64,000 nucleotides of DNA, from assembly GCA_000004695.1 (NCBI GenBank), contig CM000150.2, positions 1,152,001-1,216,000 on the forward strand, written 5' to 3'. The notes below the pieces were generated by a model. That model searched no databases. It was given only the letters and a program-made list of their open reading frames with translations, and had not been told where the DNA came from. This DNA comes from Dictyostelium discoideum (lineage: Eukaryota). Position numbers and translations under genes: made by a program. Shown one piece after another: positions 1 through 13,875 of this stretch (position 1 is the first letter of the stretch; each line of letters opens with the position of its first letter).

Positions 1-412
1 ATATATATTTTAACAGTACCTCTAATACATACTTTCACCAAAATAATCAATTAATCTTTTAAGGGATAAAAGTTTTTTATTTTCAACAGTTTTTAAATTC
101 TACTTTTAAGAAAGTAATCAAGATTTAATAGATTAAAAATTAAAAATTAAAATTAAATCGTTAACAATTATTAATATTTTTAAATGTTGTTTAATTAAAA
201 AAGAAAACTATAAATTAAAATACAATTTTTTTTTTATAAATCATTCAATTTTAAATCAAATTAATTTTAAAACACCAAAAAAAAAAAAATGTCTTTATTA
301 TGTAAATATTAAAAAAAAAAAAAAAATTATGTAAACTATTAAAATTTAAAACTAAATTTTAATTTTTTTTTTTAAAAATATATTAGCTGCCTTAACCTCA
401 ATTTCAAAACCA

Positions 413-619
413 ATGAACACTTCATCTAAATCAAGTGTATCATCAAAGAATGCCTCTGGTTTATCAATGGGTTCAAATTCAATTGCATGTGGTTCATGTG
501 GTGGTGGTAGTTATGGTTATCCAGGTGCTGGTTTACTAGCAATTGTTGATCTCAATGTAAACATTGATATTGATATCAATCTCAGTGCAACCAGAAGTTA
601 TTCATGTGGTTGTAATTAA
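413..619 (+). CDS. HssA/B-like small Gly/Ser/Cys-rich protein (68 aa)
   Basis: Single-exon ORF. The motif [16 protein letters not shown] and the G/S/C-rich composition resemble the Dictyostelium HssA/B (sigN) small-protein family. This is a recalled similarity, not a search result. Confidence 0.4.
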   Translation: MNTSSKSSVSSKNASGLSMGSNSIACGSCGGGSYGYPGAGLLAIVDLNVNIDIDINLSATRSYSCGCN

Positions 620-1177
620 ATTTTTTAAGTGTAAAATACTGTACCATTATAATAATTTATTGTAAAAATAAAATAAAGTAATCTGTATTATTTTTAAATT
701 TAAAGCTAGCCTAAAATTTAATTTTGACTTTATTTTTTTATTATTATTTTTATTTAAATTTTTACCAGCAACCCAATTTTTTTTTTTTTTCCTTTAAGCA
801 AGATTTTTTTTTTTAAAGGAAACCATTTTTTTTTTTTTTAAAGGAAACCAATTTTTCTCCGCTGCTAGGGCAGCACACTGATACTAGCATATCACTGCTG
901 CAGCTTGCATGCTGTCAGTCGCCTGACTTCTTTCACTTGCATCTGCTTGCTCACTCTTCAGTTTAACAAGATTTTTTTTTTTTGTGATTGCCAGATAATT
1001 CAATTTAATTTTTATTTTTAATTTTTTTTAATTTTTTTATTTCAATATTTCTTAGTGGCCAAGATTTTTTTTTTTTTGAAATTGTAATTTTTTTTTTTTT
1101 TATTTTTTTTTTTTTTCCTAGTGTTTTTATCTTATATCATTTTTTTTTTTTTTTTAACAATACATTCACATTAAACA

Positions 1178-4100
1178 ATGAAAGAAATAAATAGTAGTAA
1201 GAATGAAATTTTATTTTGGAAAGTTTTTAAAAATAAATTATTATTTAATAATATTTTCGATGTTATGGTAAAAATACCAATAAAATATAATGATTATACA
1301 AAGATTCATTCATTTAATAGAATAAAATTTAAATATATTATTTCATTAAAATTTATGATCGAAAAGAATCTCTATAAATTATTAAAATGTAAATTAGATA
1401 ATAAAGAGTCAATAATTGTTGAAGAGGATTCAATGATTTCGATATTTAAAAAAAAACAAAATATTGAAGATGAAAAAAAAAATGAAAAATTATTATTATT
1501 AATTTTAAAAAATAGAGAAACATTAAAATTAGATAATAGTTTTGATTTTATACAAAAAGCAATATTTGAATCAAATGAAAAAGTTTTAAATCTTTTATTA
1601 AATTATCCAAATGAAATTTCAACAAATCAACTACATCAAAAACCTCTTTTAATAATTAAAGATTCACACATTCAAAGTATAATTGGAAATTCAAATGTTT
1701 CAATGTTAAAAACTTTATTAAATTCATCACTATTTAAAAATCAGCAACAACAACAATTGGAACAATTTCATCAATTAGTACCTTCAAATGAATTAAAAAA
1801 TAAAATTATTTCTATTACAATTAATAATAGTTATCGTTGCAATGAAGAGTTATTAGAATTTATTTTAGATAATCCAACACTTTATAATACCACCACCACC
1901 ACCACCACCAATATCACAAAACCAGATGGTGATATAAATGTTTCAAAAATTGAAATTAATAAATTCTTTGAAATTGAATCATTTGAAATTAAAAAGAGGT
2001 TATTCAATTTAAAGTTTTTAGAAATTGAATTTAACATTGAAATATTTAAAAAAAAAGTGAATTCAATCACTAAAGATTCTTCAATATTAAAAGAAAAGAT
2101 TGAAAACATTTTAAAAATAGTTAATAATAATAAAGAAAATTCCCATGATCAAGATTATGGTAATGAATTTAAAAGTCTTTTAAAATTATATTCTCCATAT
2201 TCAAATGATGTTTATAAACAATACATTTTAAATTATAAAGAGATAATCGATGATGATCATGATGATGTTGAATATTTACAATTTATAGATATTAATAAAA
2301 AGATTGAAACAGAGCTATTATATTCACTCAATACTTTTAATTTAGAATTATTAAAAAAAGTAATTGAAAAAAATGAAAAACAACAAAAACAACAACAACA
2401 AAAACAAGTGTTTCAAGAGATTTTTAAAAAATATGTTCCAATTGATATTTATAGAGAAAATGAAACAGTTTTATCTCAAGTAGAGATTATTTTTAATAAT
2501 AATTCAAAAGAATCCATTTTAGAATTCATTAAATATTATTCATCAAAAGATGTATATGAATTAATTGGTAACTTATATTGTGATCATATTATTATTATGT
2601 TTTGTTTTCTTTATTCATCAGATACTAAAGATCAATATTTAGAATTTTTAAATTCAATTAATCAATATTGTTGTTCATCATCATCTTCATCGTCATTGTC
2701 ATCATCAATTGATTCAGAACCAAATGAAAACGGTGCTAATGAAAATGGTGCAGATGGAAATGGTGGTGCAGATGAAAATGGAGCTGATGAAAATGGTGGT
2801 GCAGACGAAAAAAAAGATAAATATTTACATATTCAATCAATTAAATGTTATTTTCCACTAGAATGGAATTCATTTTTAAAGAATATTAAATCATATTATC
2901 CATTTACTAAAGATAGTAAAGTACCATCAGTTACAATGAGTATTGATGATAAAGAAACAATTGATTGGTTATTTAATACATGTGGTCATTCAACATTTTC
3001 AAAGATAATTGTTAATTATTTACGTTTGAAATCAATTGATTTAATCGAATATACAATTGAAAAATATAAACTCAATGGTAAAGAAAGATCATTACTATAT
3101 TCAATACCATTTTATAATGCAATCATTGATTTCAATGTTAATGAAATTAAAAAAATTATCAATTTAAATATAAATGGTCCAATTGAAGAGTATTATAATT
3201 TCAGTACATTATTATTAAATTCATTTACTGAAAAATTTATTAATAAAGATGAAAAAGATAAACATGAAGATAAAGATGAACACGAACATGAAGATGAAGA
3301 TCAAGATGAAGATCAAGATGAAGATGAAGATGAAGATGAAGATGAAGATGAAGATGAAGATGAAGATGAAGATGAAGATGAAGATGAAGATGAAGATGAA
3401 GATGAAGATGAAGATGAAAAAGATGAATATGAGGATGAAGATTTTTCAAATAATTTTTATAAAACATTCAGATACTTGATAAAAATTAATTTCAAAAATT
3501 TTTCAACAACTGCGTTTAAAGAATTTTTAAACCTGTTATTGATAAGAAGCGATTGTGGTGAACTTATTATAAAAGATATTAATTTTACTGGTATTGAATT
3601 TTCAACTGAAAATTTAGAAAGAAGATTTCTACCAATTTTGTTTTCTACATTCTATCATTCAATAGGTGAACCCGGTCCATTGTCTTTTTATGGCTATTTC
3701 AATAGTAAAGATATGTCTAGAATTTTTTCAGCTAGTTTAGAAATATTTGAAGATTTTGAATTTTATATTAGTGATTGCTCTGGAGATATAGAAAGTCTTT
3801 GTTTGTTTATTGAGTTTTTATTAATCGATTATAAGTATTCAACATATATTCCCTCTACAACTACCAGTAGTAGTAGTAGAAGCAGAAGTAGTAGTAGTAG
3901 TGGTAGTAGTAGAAGTAGTAGAAGTAGAAGTAGTAGTAGTAGTGGTAGTAGTAGAAGTAGTAGTAGAAGTAGAAGTAGTAGTGACTCAAGTACAACGTCA
4001 CCACCATCATCTCCAAATATTGATACTGATAATTTTTCAGAATTAAGGTATCAAAATCTATTTGAAAAGTTAGTAGAGGAAATTTATAAACTTTTATTAA

Positions 4101-4723
4101 AACAAAGTCATAAATGTGGTAAATTTGATTGGGTTTACGTAGGTTATTATTTAATAGAAGAAGCCAATTATGGAGACAAACCATTTTGTATTGATTTGAA
4201 TTCAAACTATTTTCAATATGAATACTTGTCAATGAAATCAATATATCTTAAAAAATATTTAAATGAAGTATATGGAGAATTGGATGAAGACGAAGATCAA
4301 TTTTTCAATTTTAAAATTTCAATTAAAAAAATCTTTGATGATAAAACTTCAGTTGAATCACTCTATAAAGTATTGGAAAAAAGTTTAATACGTGATAAAT
4401 TACAAATTTTAAATGAGCATTTAATATTTTTTTTAGATATTAATAGAATCAATTTATTCTTTGATCAATTAATCAAATTCAAATCAAAAATTAAAGGTAA
4501 TATTTCAAATCAGGAAATTAATTTTTCAGATAAAGTTTTTATTACAACATTAAAAGTTTTAGATGAAAATTCATTTAAATCATTTTTTAATGATTATTGT
4601 TCCAATCAATTTTATTCATTTTATTTTAAAAATAAAGATACAATTACTCTATATGATAATTCTGAAATTGTAAAACAATTAATATCTTTAAAATCTGACG
4701 ATCAATTATCACCAAAAAATTAA
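1178..4723 (+). CDS. hypothetical low-complexity protein, 1181 aa
   Basis: Uninterrupted 3.5-kb ORF in a genome where non-coding DNA is nearly pure A/T. It contains a (DE)n acidic tract at 3290-3420 and an RS-like (SRSS)n tract at 3865-3985. No recognisable catalytic domain. Confidence 0.6.
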   Translation: MKEINSSKNEILFWKVFKNKLLFNNIFDVMVKIPIKYNDYTKIHSFNRIKFKYIISLKFMIEKNLYKLLKCKLDNKESIIVEEDSMISIFKKKQNIEDEKKNEKLLLLILKNRETLKLDNSFDFIQKAIFESNEKVLNLLLNYPNEISTNQLHQKPLLIIKDSHIQSIIGNSNVSMLKTLLNSSLFKNQQQQQLEQFHQLVPSNELKNKIISITINNSYRCNEELLEFILDNPTLYNTTTTTTTNITKPDGDINVSKIEINKFFEIESFEIKKRLFNLKFLEIEFNIEIFKKKVNSITKDSSILKEKIENILKIVNNNKENSHDQDYGNEFKSLLKLYSPYSNDVYKQYILNYKEIIDDDHDDVEYLQFIDINKKIETELLYSLNTFNLELLKKVIEKNEKQQKQQQQKQVFQEIFKKYVPIDIYRENETVLSQVEIIFNNNSKESILEFIKYYSSKDVYELIGNLYCDHIIIMFCFLYSSDTKDQYLEFLNSINQYCCSSSSSSSLSSSIDSEPNENGANENGADGNGGADENGADENGGADEKKDKYLHIQSIKCYFPLEWNSFLKNIKSYYPFTKDSKVPSVTMSIDDKETIDWLFNTCGHSTFSKIIVNYLRLKSIDLIEYTIEKYKLNGKERSLLYSIPFYNAIIDFNVNEIKKIINLNINGPIEEYYNFSTLLLNSFTEKFINKDEKDKHEDKDEHEHEDEDQDEDQDEDEDEDEDEDEDEDEDEDEDEDEDEDEDEDEDEKDEYEDEDFSNNFYKTFRYLIKINFKNFSTTAFKEFLNLLLIRSDCGELIIKDINFTGIEFSTENLERRFLPILFSTFYHSIGEPGPLSFYGYFNSKDMSRIFSASLEIFEDFEFYISDCSGDIESLCLFIEFLLIDYKYSTYIPSTTTSSSSRSRSSSSSGSSRSSRSRSSSSSGSSRSSSRSRSSSDSSTTSPPSSPNIDTDNFSELRYQNLFEKLVEEIYKLLLKQSHKCGKFDWVYVGYYLIEEANYGDKPFCIDLNSNYFQYEYLSMKSIYLKKYLNEVYGELDEDEDQFFNFKISIKKIFDDKTSVESLYKVLEKSLIRDKLQILNEHLIFFLDINRINLFFDQLIKFKSKIKGNISNQEINFSDKVFITTLKVLDENSFKSFFNDYCSNQFYSFYFKNKDTITLYDNSEIVKQLISLKSDDQLSPKN

Positions 4724-5046
4724 TAGCACTACTCAAAATTAATGAATAATTGGAATTCCAATTAATTAACTATACAATTTCTTTTTTAAAAATAATAAAA
4801 AAAAAAATTTAAATAAATAATAATAATTTAAAAACATAAAAAATTAGTTTACATTTTAAAAAAAAATATATATATATATATATTTGTATAATTATTTCTT
4901 TATTTCTTTTTTTATTTATTCTGGTTATTTTATAGTGATTAAAGAGAAGTTGGTATGATCGAATGGGTGTGAATATTTTGGTGGTGGTGGTAGTGGTGGA
5001 TTTCTTTACAGGTTAAACAATATAATAGTAATTATAAATAAAAATA

Positions 5047-5185
5047 TTGAATTTTTTTTTTTTTTGTTGTTTTTTGTTTTTGTTTTTGTTTTTGTCTTTG
5101 TTTTTGTTTTTGTTTTTGTTTTTGTTTTTGTTTTTGTTTTTGTTTTTGTTTTTGTTTTTGTTTTTGTTTTTGTTTTTGTTTGTTT

Positions 5186-5278
<93 letters not shown>

Positions 5279-5280
5279 AT

Positions 5281-5338
<58 letters not shown>

Positions 5339-5340
5339 AT
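5047..5340. repeat. compound microsatellite (GTTTTT)n-(GTT)n-(GCTGTT)n
   Basis: Read directly from the sequence: about 20 GTTTTT units, then about 30 GTT units, then about 9 GCTGTT units. It lies between the convergent 3' ends of the 1178 gene and the Rab gene. The ORFs 5047..5382 and 5064..5375 are translation artefacts of this repeat. Confidence 0.9.
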
Positions 5341-5426
5341 TATTATTGCCTAGTTATGTCAAATTTTGTTTATGATGTATAAATATTAAAATAGATAAAG
5401 AAAAAGGAAAATATGTGATTGTAAAT

Positions 5427-6481
<1,055 letters not shown>

Positions 6482-6977
6482 TGTTTTTATATATATATAT
6501 ATATATATATTGTATATTGTATATTTATTTCCTATGGGGAAAAAAAAAAATAAAAAAAAATAAAAAATAAAAATAAAAATGAAAATAAAAAAAATAAAAA
6601 TCTATGTGGTCGTGTGTTGTTATTTTTAAGTTTATTTTAATTTTATACGATTATTTAATTTTTAAGTTTATTTTATTTTAATTTTATTCGATTATTTAAT
6701 TTTAAGTTATTGTTACTATTGTTGATAAAAAATAAAAAAAAAAAAACAAAAACAAAAAATAAATAAATAAATAAAAATAAAAAAAAAAAACCAATAATTT
6801 ATTTGTTGTTGTTTAAGGTTGATAGAAAAAAAAAAAAAAAAAAACCAAAAAAAAAAAAAATTTTAATTTTTTTTTTATTTTTTTTTTTTATTTTTTTTTT
6901 TTTTGGAAATTTTTGAAAAATCTTTTTTTATTGCGGTGTTAAAATGCCCCATTTGTTTTTCCATTTAACAAAACAAC

Positions 6978-7009
<32 letters not shown>

Positions 7010-7098
7010 TTCATAAAAAAAAAAAATTATTTGTTTGGATATATATTTATAAAAAATAAATATTGAACGGGTAGATATTTTAATAAAAGTAAATGAAG

Positions 7099-7130
<32 letters not shown>

Positions 7131-7901
7131 ACTTTTTAGAAATAATCATAAAATTAATTTTGTTTGTCATTCTTATAAATTTATTTTTTCTTTAATTTTT
7201 TTCTTTTCTTTTTTTTTTTTTTAAAAAATTCTTTATTTATTTTTTGTTTGTTTTTAATTTTTAATCTGGTAATATTAATTAATAGCAGATTTCCAAATGT
7301 AGTTAAATTATTGAAATCACAGCAAAAATAAAATAAAAAAAATAAAAAAATAAAAAAAAAAAATGAAAATAAAAAATACCAAGAGTGTGGTATGAAAATT
7401 ATCTGGTTATCCACAGTTTTTTTATTAATATTTTCATATTCATATTTATTTTAAAATAATCACCAATATAAAAAATTTAAATAAAAATAAATTAAAAATA
7501 AAAAAAAATTAAAAAAAAAAAAAAAAACAAAAAAAAAAACCAAAAAAAAAAAAAAAATTAACCAGTGGAATTGTTTTCAAACGTTTTTTTATTTGAAAAA
7601 ATTACCAGGATTGGTGAAAGTAGTGTGTTGTGCAAGTGGTGAATTTTTGGAGTTTAAAAACAAATCGTTAATTTTTTTTTATTTTTATTTTTTTTATTTT
7701 ATTTTTCTTTTTTTGTTTTTTGTTTTTGTTTTTTTTTATTTTTATTTTTGATTATAGCCCATATATATATTATTGTAAAAGTTTTATTTTATTTTTATTT
7801 TTTATTTATTTTTTTTTTTTTTCCTAATCACAATTCAAAAACCATATTAATCTTTTTTTTTTTTTTTTTTTTTTTAAAATAATAACCATAGGTTTACAAT
7901 A

Positions 7902-8363
7902 ATGAAAATTAAATCATTATTTAAAATTAAGAGTTCAATAATCTTCATTTCAATTTATATTATATTTGGATTAATTAAAGGTATTGATTGTGTTCAACAG
8001 CCATACGATTCATATGAAAATAATGACAATGACGGAAATAATAACAACGATAAATATTATAACCATGAAAAGAATTTAGCATATGTAAATAATTTATTTA
8101 TAAATAAATCAATGAATACCAAACCAAATATAATATATTTTACTTATAAAATCGATACATATTCATATGGATACATTGGCGCAAATGAAATTAAAAATAA
8201 TTCAGCAACTCATATTGGTAATGCTCATATTCCAATCGACGATTTAACAATTCCATTTGAAATGGTAATGACAAAATCATATAATACTGTAAGTTTAAAT
8301 TAAATTAAAATAAATTAAAATAAAATAAAATAAATAAATTTGGATCTTAACAATTTTTTTTTA

Positions 8364-8448
<85 letters not shown>

Positions 8449-9696
8449 ATAAAATTTCTTTAGATGATAGTAACAGGAGTTTCAGATACAAAAAAGAATA
8501 AATATAATGGATGTCATCATTATTTTGATTATGGTGATATTAGAGTTGAAGATTGTAAAATGTGGGTTAATTTAATTGATATTTCACAAAATCAAAGATT
8601 ATCACATTATTCAATAATTTATAATGAAATCACCACCAATTCAAATTCAAATTCACATACATTAGTTGGTATGGGATATAATATTGAAAATGAAACATTT
8701 TCAATTATAACATCAACTGATAAATTCACAATAAATGGGTCAATCTATAGTAACTCAAATCAAAGTTTAAACTATTATTCAACCTCTATTTTAATTAATC
8801 CAGGTGAAATTGATACATTTAAAAAATCACATGATAAAAAAAATAATATTTATTATGCATACATTAAAGAACCAGGTACAGAAGGTAATCATTATTTAGT
8901 TTCATTAAATTTAAATACTGGTGAACTATTAACAAAACCGTTTAAAAATATAAATAAATTACAATTCTCAACAATTGGTTTCTCAATTTGGAATGATAAA
9001 TTCATATTATCTGGTACACCACAAAATTTCTCAAATTTAACAAATATTTATTCAATAACAATAAATAATACCAATAATAGTAATAATAGTAATACCAATA
9101 ATAATAATGATGATTATTTTAATAATCCAGAATTATTATATTCAAAATTATATTTAATAAATTTATATGTAAAATCAGAGAATAGTAAATATTTTATGTT
9201 TTATAATAGAGTTAAATCATCATTAACTTTAATTGATTTAGAGAATAATAATATGGAAGATTATAAAATTAGTTTTAAAATGAAAATACCAGAATATGCA
9301 CATTTAGTTGAACTATATTCATTTTATCAAGATCCAAATCATATTACACCAACTATAACCGAAGGTTATACTAGTGGTAAATTATTCATAATAATATTCT
9401 ATCCAATTTTTGGAGCATTTTTAATATCAACTTTTATAATTTGTTTAGTATTAGCAATTAAAAAAACAAAGAAAAGAAGAATATTAATGAAACAAGAACC
9501 AAATGTTAATTTAAAAATTGTAAAAACTCAAGCAAAAGAAGATGAAGAAGAAAGACAAAAAGAAAAAGAAGAAAAACATAAATTATTCTTACAAACTCAA
9601 AAAGAAATTCAAATAGAATTAAATACAATGGCAAATGAAAATTATAATAATACTTCAAATAAAAAAGATTACGATGATGATTCTTCTGATGAATAA
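7902..9696 (+). CDS. hypothetical type I membrane glycoprotein (2 exons, 539 aa)
   Basis: Exons 7902..8288 (donor gtaagt) and 8464..9696 (acceptor ttctttag). N-terminal signal peptide MKIKSLFKIKSSIIFISIYIIFGLIKG, many N-x-S/T sites, and one C-terminal TM helix (IIIFYPIFGAFLISTFIICLVLAI) followed by a KKTKKRR stop-transfer and an acidic tail. The intron contains an (ATT)n run. Confidence 0.55.
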
Positions 9697-9932
9697 AAAT
9701 AGAAAAAAAATAAAAAATAAAAATAGAAAAAAAAAGATAAAAAAAAAAAAAAAAAAAAAGTTATAAAATTTTTAATACTATACAAATAATAAATAATTTT
9801 AATAAAAGTACTTTATATAAAGTATCATATTTTATTTTTTACTTTACAAATAATAAATAATTTTTTTATTTTTTTTTTTTATTTTTTTCATTTTTTTTTA
9901 TTTTTTTTTTTCCATTTAATTATTTATTTATT

Positions 9933-11125
9933 TTATTTATTTAAATTCTTATTTATTAAATCTTTAAAAATTGATTCCATTGTATCAATTTTTGAAGATA
10001 AAGTAAGTATTTTCATAAACATATAAGAATAAAGAATAAATAAGAGTGAACAAATAACTAAAATGCTTAATTGACTTGAACCAAATGAAAGAACACCAAA
10101 TGGTGTCTTTAAAATGAATTTACCACTTTCATCACTAACCTTTTCAAGATTATTATTTTTCTTTTCAAATGTTGATTTAATTGAATCACTTGAAATGTTT
10201 GTACTATTAGTATTATTATCAGCACCATTATTGGTTAAGTTGAATGGAGAATTTGGTAATATTGGTGGAGATATTTGACTTTGTAAACTATTACTACTAT
10301 TACTTGTACTATTAACAATATTACCAATAGAATTGTTGCTGTTGTTGTTATTGTTATTTGAAGAAATCATTGGATTTGGTGGTGGTGAAGTTGAATTAAC
10401 TTGACTTGAAGATGATATTAAATGTTGTCTACTACGTGATCTTGTATGATGTGGTTTTGGTGATTCTAATCTTTCATCATCTTGTTTTAAACGTGCTACC
10501 ATTTCATTTTTATCCATTGATTTATTTAAAGATGGAATGAGTATAGTTGGTGTTAAACTACCAGCACCATTGTGATGATTAACTACCTTATTATTATTGG
10601 TGGTGTTGGTAGCAGTTGAAGAGGAGGCTGATGGTAATGGTTTAACTTGTAACATTTTTTGAACTTCAACTTTTGCTAATTGTACCCATTTATCGAATGA
10701 TGTTTTTGTTTCCTTTACAGTTGTAGTTTCAATTTTACTCTTGAACCAAGTTTTCTTTACAAATCTAACAGTGAGTGAAATTGATAAACGACATGTATCT
10801 TGTGATGTCTCTGTAACTTCCCATTTTGCTTCAATTCTAAAATGATCACCATATGGAATATCTAACATTATTGTATCTGTTTCTACAATTAATTTCTTTC
10901 TTGTTAATTGATATCTTTGAGTTTCTTGAATTCTAGTTTTATCTGGTCCAATTGGTGAACTTACTGGTGCAACATCTATAAATTATTAATTTTTTTTTAA
11001 AAAAAAAAAAAAAATTAATATCATTATTATTAATATTATTTTTATAATTTTAATATTTACATTCAACTTCTCTAATTGTACCAAATCTTTCACGAAAAGT
11101 CCAAGGTTTAACATTTACATCTATA

Positions 11126-11177
<52 letters not shown>

Positions 11178-11180
11178 GTA

Positions 11181-11258
<78 letters not shown>

Positions 11259-11267
11259 GTAATAATG

Positions 11268-11336
<69 letters not shown>

Positions 11337-11796
11337 TTTTAAATAGTTATGTTAATAATGTATTATTATTTCTTTTTTTTTTTTTTTAAAAAAATAAGTG
11401 TTACATACTCATATCACCTCTTTTTACATGATAACTATGAACGAAATTGCACCTATCAGAATATAAAGCTCTATAAAAGTTTACAACACTGACATTAAAA
11501 TTATCGGATAAAATCTCTTGAAAATCAGAGCTTTGACTTTCTAAAATTGATTGAGGTTGTTGATCTTTTGAAAGATATTGTTCTACACCACCATAAATTT
11601 CATCTAATGGGTCTTTTTCAATCTCTTTTATTGTTGTTAATGGTTGAGTTGTTGTTGTTGTTGTTGATGATGAGGTCATAGTTGTTGATGACGATGATGA
11701 TGTAATTGTCGATGCTGCCACAATACCAACCACTGGAATTGCTGTTGTTGATGAATCATTACTACCACTACCATCACTATTATTGTTTTGCTGATT

Positions 11797-11875
<79 letters not shown>

Positions 11876-12060
11876 ATATTTTTAATTTGAGAATTTGTCA
11901 ATGTATTATTTACACTATTGCCACTGTTATTATTAATATTTGTCATATCTTCCTTTACAATTGAAGAAGTTAATGGGGTTTGCTGTTGTGATGGTTGTTG
12001 TTGTGATTGGTGTAGTTGTTGTTGCGGTTCATTGTTAATATTACTATTATAATTACCATT

Positions 12061-12094
<34 letters not shown>

Positions 12095-12458
12095 ACATTA
12101 TTTACATTATTATTATTATTATTATTAATTTGTTGTTGTTGGTTATTATTATGATTATCTAATTCGTTATTTGAAATCTCATCCTCAATATCATCATCTA
12201 TACTTAAAGAACTGGCATCTTCATGAGTTTCACCGGTAACATCTTTCCAAACTTCTAAAAGATCTTTATATGTTTTATCTCTTGATACAAATGATGCGAA
12301 TGAATATTTTACATTTTCACTGGTAATGATTTCAATACCAACAGTGAATCTACTTTTCTTTTTAATTTGTATAACATCTTTAATTGGTATAACTTCCTAT
12401 AAAAATTCCTATTATTATTAGAAAATCATATAAAATTTTGAGAGAAAGTGGAAAAAGA

Positions 12459-12506
<48 letters not shown>

Positions 12507-13193
12507 ACACTGGTTTTTATACCAAAAATTTTAGATTCAAAACAAATATGATTGGTAAATAAATATATTCTACCATGTAATAGAATTTGTCTGAATAAAG
12601 CTGCACTATAATCATGTAACAAAATCTCTGTACTTGGTAATTTAAATTTCTTTGTAAATGGTTCGCTCTTCATTCTACCCTCTATTGTCTTTGAAACTGG
12701 TGGTTCATCTGATGATGATGATCCATTCTTTTTTGATGGTGCAATTAATTTTGGTGTTACAAATAATTTCTTTTTCTAAAAAATAAAAATAAAAAATAAA
12801 TCATATTAGTAAATAAATAAATATTATTATTATATTAAATAAATAACCATTTACCTTTTCATCACTTGAAATTGATTTTAAATCTTCACTGCTATGACTT
12901 CTTGTTTTTAGTTTATTGATTGAATGATCATTATCAGATGAACTTGTTGTTGGTGGTGAAAAATGACCATTGTTATTATTATTATTATTACTGTTATTTA
13001 AAGTATTATGGGTTTTTGGGGAAGTTGAACCAATTGGGGAGAATACTGTAGGTGATTGAGGACCTCCATTTTGAATAAGATATGGTGAACTAATTGGTGA
13101 TGAACTTGAGAAATTATTTGAATCATGACTGATTGGTCCTTGATTTGGTGAAATCATTACCGATCCTGAACTATTATTTGGTAATGATGCCAT
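9933..13193 (-). CDS. GRAM + VASt domain protein (Lam/Aster/GRAMD1-like sterol-transfer family), 5 exons, 898 aa
   Basis: Exons 12855..13193, 12509..12775, 11409..12396, 11061..11120, 9933..10975; total 2697 nt, all GT..AG. GRAM motif FKLPSTEILLHDYSAALFRQILLHGRIYLFTNHICFESKIFG. VASt-like region from FQEILSDNFNVSVVNFYRALYSD to IEAKWEVTETSQDTCRLSISLTVRF. C-terminal TM LSILVICSLLFILYSYMF. Contains a Q36 tract at 11760-11880. Confidence 0.7.
11101..11340. repeat. (TAA)n microsatellite with TAGTAATGA interruptions, about 230 bp, in intron 3 of the GRAM/VASt gene
   Basis: Read directly from the sequence. Confidence 0.85.
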
Positions 13194-13838
13194 TTTTTTT
13201 ATTTTTTTTTTATTTTTTTTTACTAAAATTTATTACTATTGTTTTTTTTATTTTTTTTTTATTTTTTTTATTTTTTTTTGTTTTTTTTTTTTTTTTTTAA
13301 ATTAAAAAAATTAAAATAAATATTAATACTATTATTATTATTATTGTTAATATTACTATTATTATCCTATTTGATTTCTTTTTAATTTATTTAATTTTAA
13401 TTTTAATTTTTAATATTAAAATTTCTATTAATGTACGATAAAAATGGGAGGTTATATTTTTGGAGAAATGATTAAATTAAAAAAACTATTTTTTAATTTT
13501 TTATTTTTTATTTATTTTTTTTTTTTTTTGCAAATTTTTTTTTTTTTTTTGCAAATTTTTTTTTTTTTTACAATAATGTGAATGGCCAAAACAGCAAAGC
13601 ATCCCATTTTGTTGGTCATAATAAAAAATTTGAATAAAAAAAAAAAGAAATGAAACAATAAAATTTACAACCAAAATGATTCATTTTTTATAATAAATAC
13701 CTACTAAAATATGAATTCTATTAAATTTTCTATTTTTCTAAGACAATCTAAAACTGTGCGAATATGGGTTAATATAATTTTTTTTTTTATTTTTTTTATT
13801 TTTTATTTTTTTTTTTTTTATTTTTTTAATTTTTTTTT

Positions 13839-13875
<37 letters not shown>

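Noticed and set aside
857-965. The GC island as a U6 snRNA gene (shares GGCAGCACA...ATACTA with U6).
   Set aside because: It lacks the invariant ACAGAGA and AGC-triad regions and the U6 3' stem. It is kept only as a generic ncRNA candidate.
3240-3479. Overlapping ORFs on both strands inside repeats (3240..3467-, 3249..3479+, 5047..5382, 5064..5375, 24312..24559, 41062..41286, 41658..41960, 42058..42554, 59363..59815 and others).
   Set aside because: Alternate-frame or antisense readings of trinucleotide or hexanucleotide repeats (poly-H/L/K/M/I/Y/C peptides). The sense-strand gene explains each interval.
12380-12673. ORF 12380..12673 read through a poly-F segment ([20 protein letters not shown]...).
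   Set aside because: The poly-F stretch is the A-rich intron 2 of the GRAM/VASt gene read in frame. The donor gtaagg at 12507-08 ends the exon.
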